Shown here piece by piece: positions 17,391 to 24,758 of a DNA stretch of 26,795 bases. Numbering within the stretch: the first letter of the stretch is position 1; each line of letters starts with the position of its first letter. The stretch is from positions 1-26,795 of the forward strand of contig CACZPV010000079.1 in NCBI GenBank assembly GCA_902783065.1, given 5' to 3'. The stretch comes from an uncultured Ruminococcus sp. (lineage in GTDB: Bacteria; Bacillota; Clostridia; Oscillospirales; Acutalibacteraceae). The notes beneath the pieces are model-generated. The model did no database searches. It had not been told where the DNA came from and worked only from the letters and a program-made list of their open reading frames with translations. Both the position numbers and the translations under genes were made by a program.

Positions 17391-19423
17391 TGGATTTTCA
17401 AAGAACGAACAGAACACTTCGATCGCTCGAAAAAAAGAATACGCTTACCTTAGAAGATACACTTGGCGTAATCAACGATGTTTTTGCTGATGTACAGGGT
17501 ATTGCCGGATGTTCTCCTGATAAGTTGGAACTGGGAGAACTCAGGGCAGCACTGACAGGTTTGTCTGCTGTGGGACGTGTTTTGCTGCAAATCAATAAAA
17601 CAAAGGCAGATGAAATCGGAACTGCGGCAGACAGAAAAAAGCGGTTGGATAAGATTTATGGAGAGATTGAAAATGTTTCCCGCGAGATTGACGAGGGAAG
17701 CGATGTGATTGAAAAGCTGTCATCAGAACAAAGAGAGTTGGAAAACAGGAAACTGATATTGGAAGAAAGCAACAGGGAAGCTGCATCGCTGGAAGAAAAA
17801 TGCCGCCAGTTGAAAGAAGAAACCGATAAGATCAGTACAGCTGATATGGATGAACTTAACGAAAAAATATCCGGTCAGCAAAAACAGCTGAATGAAGCGA
17901 AAGAAAGATTCAATGACACTTATAATGAATATATACGGAGACAGGATATATTTCAAAGACTTGAAAATGATATCAGTACAAAAAAATCAGAAGCTGATAC
18001 ACTTGCACAGCAGATAAGTAATGCAGAAGAAAAGATTGCCGGATATGAAAAACAGTGCAGAGAATCAGAAGAAAAACTCAGTGAACTTTCTGAAAATGAA
18101 AGCGAAAATAAGGCAAGGGCTGAGCGGCTTGAGCAGGAATATACAGAAGCTTTGTCACAGAAGGAAGAAATTATGTATTCTGTCTTACCTTCCTTGCAGG
18201 AAAAACTGGAAAATATGAACCGTCAGCTTGCAGAAACTAAAAAGCAGTCGGAAGAACTTTCTGATGTGCTGAAGAAAAAAGAAAATGAACTGAATTTGCA
18301 GACAGATGAATTGGAAGAAAAAGCTATGAAAATTCGTAATTTTTCTTCCGAATTTGAAGCGGAAATCGAAAAGAAAAAAACTGAATGTGAAATGTTAGAG
18401 TCGGAAAATAAAAAACTGCAGTCGGATAAAGAAAAGATGGACAGTGATATACAGAAGATAAAGCAACAGCAGGAGAAACTTTGTGCAGAAATTCGTTCAC
18501 TTAAAGCAGAACTGAAAGCAAATGAAGATCTTGCTGAATCACACAGAGATGAAATTGCAAGATACAGGGATATAACAATTCCGGCAGCTGTTATTGCACT
18601 CAAAAAACGTGAAGATGCCTTGGATGAATATGCTGCCAGAAGCGGTGAACTTAAAATGCAGACTGCACAAAAAGAGGATGAACTAAATACACTGAAAAAT
18701 AAGATAGAAAGCCAGAATAGTGAACTGGAAGTTTTTACTAAACAATATGATACTCTTAATTCTGAAATCAATATGAACAGTCAGCGCCTGGAAGAAATAC
18801 AGGAACAGATTGGCAGTCTTGATAATGAGCGTCAGAAAATGATGGCAGAGATCAGCAGCAAAGAGGAACAACTTGGCATGTCTGATATTGATTCTCTCAA
18901 AAATAAGCTTGACGAAGTGTGTAAAGCACTGGATGAAGCAAATGCAGCAAAGATAAATCTGACAGAGGAAATCAATCAAAAAAATGCTGAAATAGCAGAA
19001 ATTACAGAAAAATGTGGTAATATGCAAAATGAAATTCGGGAACTTGCGGCTGATGCTAATAATGAAACCGAAAAACTGACAGAACTTGAGGAAAACCGTA
19101 AACAAATTACAGAGGAAAGGCAGCGTGTAAGAAAGCAGCATGAAGAATTGACAGAGATTCTCCGAAGTCTTAATTCTCCTGAAAGTGAAGCAAATCTGAG
19201 AATTTGCGAAGCTGAAATCGATGTAATGCAGGATGCAGTAGATAAGCTTTTTCCTGATGTACCATTGAGTACACTTACGCTGTTTGAGCGCAGAGATGAA
19301 ACAGAAAAAAAGAATCGGTATTTTAAAGAGGAAATTGTCAGAATAAGGCAGCTTCTTGAAAATTATCAATCACAGTACAAGATACTGATTAATGCACTCG
19401 AAAGGAGCAGCGGAGCACTATGA
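17390..19423 (+). CDS. Long coiled-coil protein (no ATPase head, no TM helix)
   Basis: Heptad-rich E/K/Q/L sequence over roughly aa 80-610; start overlaps the Hsp70 stop (TGATG). Confidence 0.8.
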   Translation: MDFQRTNRTLRSLEKKNTLTLEDTLGVINDVFADVQGIAGCSPDKLELGELRAALTGLSAVGRVLLQINKTKADEIGTAADRKKRLDKIYGEIENVSREIDEGSDVIEKLSSEQRELENRKLILEESNREAASLEEKCRQLKEETDKISTADMDELNEKISGQQKQLNEAKERFNDTYNEYIRRQDIFQRLENDISTKKSEADTLAQQISNAEEKIAGYEKQCRESEEKLSELSENESENKARAERLEQEYTEALSQKEEIMYSVLPSLQEKLENMNRQLAETKKQSEELSDVLKKKENELNLQTDELEEKAMKIRNFSSEFEAEIEKKKTECEMLESENKKLQSDKEKMDSDIQKIKQQQEKLCAEIRSLKAELKANEDLAESHRDEIARYRDITIPAAVIALKKREDALDEYAARSGELKMQTAQKEDELNTLKNKIESQNSELEVFTKQYDTLNSEINMNSQRLEEIQEQIGSLDNERQKMMAEISSKEEQLGMSDIDSLKNKLDEVCKALDEANAAKINLTEEINQKNAEIAEITEKCGNMQNEIRELAADANNETEKLTELEENRKQITEERQRVRKQHEELTEILRSLNSPESEANLRICEAEIDVMQDAVDKLFPDVPLSTLTLFERRDETEKKNRYFKEEIVRIRQLLENYQSQYKILINALERSSGAL

Positions 19424-19908
19424 TATGCAGATTTTGTAAAAGTGAAATGGAAGACGGAGAAATCCGATGCGGTTTTTGCGGTTTTACCCATATTAACTTT
19501 ACCGAAGAAGACAGTATGGGTGCAATGGATAGAATGCTGGAAAGCTATAAAAATAAAAAACTCGGTGGAATTAAAATAGAGCTTATCAGCTACCATTATA
19601 CTGTAGAGAATGGAAAAATTACGGAAAATGGAGAAAACATTATTCTGCTTGCCGATGCAGCAGAGCTTTCTGAGGATAAAATCAAGTGGAATGATGCGGG
19701 TTTTTACGGACCGGACAGCGAGAAACAGATATTTCTTACTATAAGAACAGGACAGGAAGAAAAAATAAATCACAGTCTGGAAATTAAGATTCCTGTCAGC
19801 GAAGAACTGAAAATCGGGGTAGTAATGGTTCCTGGACTGAAAGCAAAAATTGCAGCCGGCAATCCGGATGATTATGTCCTTTCCGATGAATTTTCGGTTT
19901 TAGACTAA
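19420..19908 (+). CDS. N-terminal Zn-ribbon protein with a beta-rich C-terminal domain
   Basis: CRFC-x10-CGFC; ATGA overlap with the upstream stop codon; SD GGAG just upstream. Confidence 0.78.
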   Translation: MICRFCKSEMEDGEIRCGFCGFTHINFTEEDSMGAMDRMLESYKNKKLGGIKIELISYHYTVENGKITENGENIILLADAAELSEDKIKWNDAGFYGPDSEKQIFLTIRTGQEEKINHSLEIKIPVSEELKIGVVMVPGLKAKIAAGNPDDYVLSDEFSVLD

Positions 19909-20091
19909 AACATATTTTTAGTTATTTGCAGTGACTGATTCAACATTTGACTTGAATTACTGAAAAGTCTGAATCACGGATATTAAGCATGAATATCATA
20001 AACAGAGCGATGCATAGAAGCTTACCTCAATGCCGTGTAAGGCAATGACTTAAAACCTGAATAAAACTCCTGATAAATAGTATTAATCCTA

Positions 20092-20119
20092 TTGAATTTT
20101 TTGATAAATTTTGTATAAT
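20092..20119 (+). promoter_or_regulatory. Sigma-A type promoter for block B (ESCRT-like operon)
   Basis: TTGAAT (20092-20097), 16-bp spacer, TATAAT (20114-20119); GGAGG SD ahead of ATG 20181. Confidence 0.6.
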
Positions 20120-20180
20120 AGAAGTAGCGGCGCTTTGTACAGCGATCCGGAAGTTAACAGTTTAAACGGAGGGTAAGTAA

Positions 20181-21374
20181 ATGGCGTTTTTATTTGGAAA
20201 AAAGAAAAAAGAAAACGAAGAACAGGCTTCTCAGATGCCTGTTGTAAGGGAAGATCCTAAAAAACAATTGGATATAACAAGACAGAATATGGTAAAAATG
20301 CTTTCAGCATTGGATACGATCAGTATAAATAAAATAAGGGCAAGTGTTTCAGAAGAAATTTTGTCGAATGCTGAATTATCGGAGTTTGACAGGGATCTGA
20401 AAACAGTTAAGGCAGTAATCGGAAAACAGACATCTTCACAGCTGATGCTGGCTGAAAGTGACGCAATTGATCAGGAACTGCTGTTTTTTGCGGAACATAT
20501 CGAAGATGAAATGTGTCAGGGACATTTCCTTGTTTCAGAAACCTATATGAAGGCAATCAAATTTGGAATTTCAAAAGGCCATGAGGCAATAAAGGAATCT
20601 GATATAGAAAATAAAGATGATATTCTGAATCAGCGTCTGGAAATTATTAAACATTATAAACTGATCGCAGAATTGAACAGGAAGATTGCCGCTTATCAGG
20701 ATAGTATGGTAAAGCTTAATGAAAAACTGGCAAAATTACAGTCGGATTACTCAGAAGCTAAAAGTATTGCGAAAGAAGAAAGTATCAGGCGCAAGGATAT
20801 GTATGATAAAATTATTCGTATGAGTCCTGCAGAGGTTGCTACGGCTACACCGGAAATACAGAATTTTGCGGCAATATTTTCAACTGTTAACGAACTGAAA
20901 AGCCAGATAAATGGTGTCAAAACCAGTATTTCCGGAATGAATTCCAACGTTCAGGAAATTAAGAGGGCTATCGGAAATACAGAAAATGCACTGCTTTCAA
21001 TCAATAGTATTACTACTGAAAAAGAACGCGAAGAAATAGAGAGGGTTAACAGACAATATATAGAAAATATGAAAAGTCTTCAGGATCAGGTATTTGAATT
21101 TGAAGATTTGTTTTCTGAACTGGATGCGTCCATTGACGCAATTAATTCAGACCCTCGCATCATCAGGAAAATGCTTAAGGATATGACAAGCTACAGAAAC
21201 ATTGTTCATCAGGATGAGATTGATCAGAAGGCCGAAGAAGAAGGTATGAAGGCTTATGAGGAATATCTCAGAAAACAACAGGAACAGCTTGATGACGATA
21301 TCAGGGGTATGGAGGAAGATCTCGATAACGATGGTATAAATAACGAACCCGAAAAGCATAAGATCAGCAACTGA
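20181..21374 (+). CDS. Helical coiled-coil protein, candidate ESCRT-III/Snf7-PspA superfamily member with an extra N-terminal helical domain
   Basis: N-terminus MAFLFGKKKK; long helical hairpin about aa 148-275 broken at MSPAEVATATPE; further helices and an acidic tail; first gene of the Snf7-like/Vps4-like operon. The CDS is secure, the family call is tentative. Confidence 0.5.
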   Translation: MAFLFGKKKKENEEQASQMPVVREDPKKQLDITRQNMVKMLSALDTISINKIRASVSEEILSNAELSEFDRDLKTVKAVIGKQTSSQLMLAESDAIDQELLFFAEHIEDEMCQGHFLVSETYMKAIKFGISKGHEAIKESDIENKDDILNQRLEIIKHYKLIAELNRKIAAYQDSMVKLNEKLAKLQSDYSEAKSIAKEESIRRKDMYDKIIRMSPAEVATATPEIQNFAAIFSTVNELKSQINGVKTSISGMNSNVQEIKRAIGNTENALLSINSITTEKEREEIERVNRQYIENMKSLQDQVFEFEDLFSELDASIDAINSDPRIIRKMLKDMTSYRNIVHQDEIDQKAEEEGMKAYEEYLRKQQEQLDDDIRGMEEDLDNDGINNEPEKHKISN

Positions 21375-21390
21375 CAAGGAGGTAACAGTC

Positions 21391-22203
21391 ATGGCATTTG
21401 GTATTTTTAAAAGTAAGGCTGAAAGAGAACAGGAAAAGCTTGATAAGGAAATTGCTAAAACAGAAAGATATCTGAGTGATGACAAGAAAATGAGTGATAT
21501 CAATAAAAAACGTAAAGAACTGGATAAGAAAAAGGCAAGACGTGACGATAGTAATTTCAGGGATAAAGTTTTTGAAACTAATGTTAAATTGAATAAGCTG
21601 GAAGAAAAGTTTGTTATGAAAATCGTGACGGAATCGAATGCTGTAAAGTATGAACGTGAAAGAAATCAGAGTACCAAAAAGTCCGAAAAAAGATTGAAAA
21701 ATGCGTATCTTTCACTTGTTATGGTTAAACATGCAAAGAAAAGATTGATTGAAATAGAAAATGAAAGAGATTGGAATCTTGCAATGAGAGATATGAGCGG
21801 AGCAATAAAAACAATGAATGCGATTTCTGTTGGTTCACAGAATGTACAAAAGATGCTGTTCCGTGCAAGAGTACAGAAGATGGGTTGGATGGAAGATAAT
21901 GAATCAAGCGGTTGGTTCAACGAACAGACAGAGGAAAAAGTTTCTAATGAAGAAGTTCAGAAGGTGATGAATAGCGATCCTGTTGATCTGATGGTGGCAG
22001 ATGATATCTATGATACACTTCTGGATGATCCTACTACTTCCATGATCAATGATTATGCTGAAAGAAGTATTGGTGTTGATGCTGATTTTGATGAAATGTC
22101 AGATATGTCGAAAAAGACAGAGCAGACCATGGACACAGAAACGGATATGGCTATTTCTGATGAGGAATTTGATGATTACCTCAGAGATTGGGGAAAAGTA
22201 TAA
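21391..22203 (+). CDS. Snf7/ESCRT-III-like protein (CHMP1/2/3-like) with a C-terminal MIM1-like helix
   Basis: Basic N-half and acidic C-half; MAFGIFKSK N-terminus; AMRDMSGAIKTMN (aa 131-143) matches the CHMP2-type AMKGVTKAMGTMN pattern; C-terminal DEEFDDYLRDW has MIM1 hydrophobic spacing; directly upstream of a MIT-AAA ATPase. SD AAGGAGG. Confidence 0.68.
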   Translation: MAFGIFKSKAEREQEKLDKEIAKTERYLSDDKKMSDINKKRKELDKKKARRDDSNFRDKVFETNVKLNKLEEKFVMKIVTESNAVKYERERNQSTKKSEKRLKNAYLSLVMVKHAKKRLIEIENERDWNLAMRDMSGAIKTMNAISVGSQNVQKMLFRARVQKMGWMEDNESSGWFNEQTEEKVSNEEVQKVMNSDPVDLMVADDIYDTLLDDPTTSMINDYAERSIGVDADFDEMSDMSKKTEQTMDTETDMAISDEEFDDYLRDWGKV

Positions 22204-22215
22204 ATGAATATTTCA

Positions 22216-22242
22216 TTTCGCCCCGCCGTTGACGGGGCGAAA
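22216..22242 (+). promoter_or_regulatory. Intra-operon GC-rich stem-loop without a U-tract (candidate mRNA stability/processing element)
   Basis: Perfect 10-bp stem TTTCGCCCCG/CGGGGCGAAA with a 7-nt loop; no poly-T follows on either strand. Confidence 0.55.
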
Positions 22243-22276
22243 ATAAAACCTGATAAAACGAAAGAAGTGATTGAGT

Positions 22277-23548
22277 ATGGAACGTAATTATGCAGTGGCT
22301 GTACAGAAAAGAGAAAATCTGTACAGAGCTTATATTAATAAAGCACAGCTTGTACTTCAAAGCAGCGGTGGTAAGCATACGGCAGAGGAATGTCAGTATC
22401 TTCAGAGAGCAGCTGAACTGCAAAGCGAAATGGCAGATATGACAATCGGAGAAGAAAGAAATCATCATTTGAGGGAAAAGGAAACAATCAGCGCTAAAAT
22501 CCTTTCGGTTCTTAAAGAAATTGATCCTCAAAAGGCATTGGAATTTGAACAGGGTAAAACTGGTGAAAAGAAAACATCACAGACAACAGGTAAAGGCGGC
22601 GGTGACAGCGATAAGGAAAAGCTGGATGCTATGGCAAAATCATGGTATAAGGAAGCGCCGAATCATTCTTTTGCACAGGTTTCCGGTATGGCGGAACTGA
22701 AAGCAAAATTGGCTGACTGTGTTACCAATTCAAACTGTGAAGCGTTGCTTGATTTCCTGAAAATACCAAGATTAAACACCTACTTTTTCGTAGGGCCTCC
22801 CGGATGCGGTAAAACCTATATTATTGAAGCATTTGCTAATGAACTTGTTAATATGAAGGATAAGGATTATAAATTTCTTTCACTGGTTGGTTCGGATATT
22901 ATCAGCCGTTATGTTGGTGATGCGGAAAAAATTGTTACAAGAATGTTTGAGGAAGCAGAAAACTGTGCTCCCTGTATTGTGTTTATCGATGAAATTGACG
23001 GTGTATGCCGTAACCGTTCACAGAAATCTATGCCGGAATACGCAGCCTCTATTACAACATCCTTCCTGACAGGTTATAACAGAATAAAAAATTCCGGAAA
23101 GTCTATTATCTTTATCGGTGCGACTAATTATCCGCAGCGTGTAGACTCTGCTATGCTGGACAGAGCTGAGGTAATCCGTGTACCGCTTCCTGACGAAGAA
23201 GCAAGATGCAATGCATTTCGTATGCAGTTTGAAGGAATTGTTTCTTTGGCAGAAGGTATTACTTATGATGATATGGCATCTGTAACTGACGGTTATAATT
23301 ATCGTGATATCGAGCGTGTTACTTCCATTATGAAAAAATCTGTTTTTGAACAGGTAATGCAGCAGGCAGGTAATGAACAGGCTGCTATTGATATGCTGAA
23401 AAATGGCAGCTTTAAATTAAAGAAAAGTGATTTTGAAACTGCTATGGCTGATTTTAAACCGTCTTCAAAGAAGGATATATTGGATGCAATCGATAAGTGG
23501 GAGCGTAATCTTAACAACGACAGTTATCTGATTGACGACGAAGAATAA
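22277..23548 (+). CDS. Vps4/CdvC-like AAA+ ATPase with an N-terminal MIT-like three-helix domain
   Basis: PNHSFAQVSGMAELKAKL, Walker A GPPGCGKT (22793-22816), pore loop ISRYVGDAEK, Walker B IVFIDE (DE at 22988-22993), GATNYP..VDSAMLDR..VPLPD, TDGYNYRDI, and C-terminal LKKSDFETAMADFKPSSKKDILDAIDKW helix as in Vps4/katanin/spastin. ORF track starts at TTG 22271; ATG 22277 is likely. Confidence 0.82.
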   Translation: MERNYAVAVQKRENLYRAYINKAQLVLQSSGGKHTAEECQYLQRAAELQSEMADMTIGEERNHHLREKETISAKILSVLKEIDPQKALEFEQGKTGEKKTSQTTGKGGGDSDKEKLDAMAKSWYKEAPNHSFAQVSGMAELKAKLADCVTNSNCEALLDFLKIPRLNTYFFVGPPGCGKTYIIEAFANELVNMKDKDYKFLSLVGSDIISRYVGDAEKIVTRMFEEAENCAPCIVFIDEIDGVCRNRSQKSMPEYAASITTSFLTGYNRIKNSGKSIIFIGATNYPQRVDSAMLDRAEVIRVPLPDEEARCNAFRMQFEGIVSLAEGITYDDMASVTDGYNYRDIERVTSIMKKSVFEQVMQQAGNEQAAIDMLKNGSFKLKKSDFETAMADFKPSSKKDILDAIDKWERNLNNDSYLIDDEE

Positions 23549-23561
23549 GCGGAGGCTATTA

Positions 23562-24566
23562 ATGTCAGCAGAAGTTTTGGAAAAATATAAACAAAAAATT
23601 CCTAAGGACGACAACGAACATTACATCAGCCGTAAACGATACGAAACAATGCTTGTGGGCTGCCTGCCTTTTGAGGATCAGGAACTTTATTTTAAAACGT
23701 TGTCTTCAAAAAGTGCCATGATTCTGACAGGAAAAAAAGGCTGCGGCAAAAGAACTTTGGAAGAAGCGTTTCTGGAAGAATACGGAGAAATGTTTCCGGC
23801 TTTGCTGCGTTTTCCGTTTTGTCAGCTTGCCGAAGAAGGAGAAGAAACACTGGAAGCGGAACTGAAAGATTTTTTCTCGGCTTTGGCGAACAAAGAGGCA
23901 GAAGATGACGAAGCAGCATACATGGTTTCTCTTGGTGAAATCAATGCTGTAGATACTATGCCTAAGGTATGCAGCATGCTTGCACATGGATTGGAAAATA
24001 CCATTAAAAACGGAAAAAACATATGTATTATAACGGCTGTTTATGATGGAGAAGTCAGGAATCTGCCGAAAAGCATCCGGAAATCGGTGCTGGTATGCAG
24101 GGTTGATCCGCCTTCGCTGGAAGAACGTCTGCAGTTTTTTGAATCCTCGCTCAATTCTCTGCTTGGCTTTGTTAATGATGTGACGGGTATTGATTTCATG
24201 GCAGAGTATACAGAAGGTTTTACTTTTGATGACCTTAATGATCTCATACGTAATCTTCATGCTTTCTTAAAAGCAAAGTTTGTTACTGATGTTGCTGAAA
24301 CAAGCGGCGGAGAGATCGGGGAAGTGGAAATGGCGGATATTGGAATTGATAAGGTTAATCTGGAAAAGGACGATTTTATTTATCTTGCCGATAATTATAA
24401 AGTAGAAAAGCCGCAGCCTGCCGGAGCATTTGATATGAGTGCTCTTACGGAGGTTCTTTCTAATCTCACGCTTAATCTGGCTTCAGGTGCAGAAGAAAAG
24501 AAACCGGAGGAGAATTCACCATTTGCCCTTCTGGATGACGATGATGATCCGGACAACATTTTTTGA
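23562..24566 (+). CDS. Degenerate (probably inactive) AAA+ ATPase paralogue
   Basis: Walker A GKKGCGKR (Thr/Ser replaced by Arg), Walker B YMVSLGE (Asp lost), SRH remnant LPKSIRKSVLVCRVDPPSLEERLQFF, lid MAEYTEGFTFDDL; acidic tail. ATG 23562 follows GGAGG (23551-23555). Confidence 0.78.
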   Translation: MSAEVLEKYKQKIPKDDNEHYISRKRYETMLVGCLPFEDQELYFKTLSSKSAMILTGKKGCGKRTLEEAFLEEYGEMFPALLRFPFCQLAEEGEETLEAELKDFFSALANKEAEDDEAAYMVSLGEINAVDTMPKVCSMLAHGLENTIKNGKNICIITAVYDGEVRNLPKSIRKSVLVCRVDPPSLEERLQFFESSLNSLLGFVNDVTGIDFMAEYTEGFTFDDLNDLIRNLHAFLKAKFVTDVAETSGGEIGEVEMADIGIDKVNLEKDDFIYLADNYKVEKPQPAGAFDMSALTEVLSNLTLNLASGAEEKKPEENSPFALLDDDDDPDNIF

Positions 24567-24613
24567 TTATGGAAATGCTTTTTGATTCATAACTTTCAAT
24601 AGCAGATATATTT

Positions 24614-24671
24614 GGGCTGCCGCCATTACTCCCAGTTCCAGATTTGGGATGGGAGTAATCTTTCTGTGCCC
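24614..24671 (+). terminator. Hairpin/terminator-like structure at the end of block B
   Basis: Perfect 10-bp stem ATTACTCCCA (24625-24634)/TGGGAGTAAT (24650-24659), inner TTCCA/TGGGA pairing, followed by CTTTCTGT (weak U-tract). Confidence 0.5.
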
Positions 24672-24758
24672 GATGTTTGTATGATGATCTATTGAAGAAT
24701 GGAATCAGGTTGTGTAAAATAATAGTAAAGAAATATAGCGGATAACAGTGGTGATGAT

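Noticed and set aside
17390-19423. SMC/SbcC/Lamassu or Wadjet-type ATPase
   Set aside because: No Walker A, Q-loop, signature or Walker B motifs at either end; only coiled coil.
19909-20090. Intrinsic terminator or ribozyme between blocks A and B
   Set aside because: Only imperfect hairpins (TGATTCA/TGAATCA at 19936-19976; TGCC/GGCA near 20031-20044) without a U-tract or recognisable ribozyme core.
20181-21420. Using the MAF(L/G)(F/I)..K N-termini alone as proof of ESCRT-III identity
   Set aside because: Pth in this same window also begins MFFKKKE, so such starts are common here; counted only as supporting evidence.
22277-23548. FtsH, p97/Cdc48 or proteasomal ARC assignment
   Set aside because: Single AAA module, no TM or protease domain, no RPGR insert, and a Vps4-type C-terminal helix.
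23562-24566. Pseudogene call for the degenerate AAA gene
   Set aside because: Uninterrupted ORF with a strong SD and a complete AAA scaffold; better read as a pseudo-enzyme.
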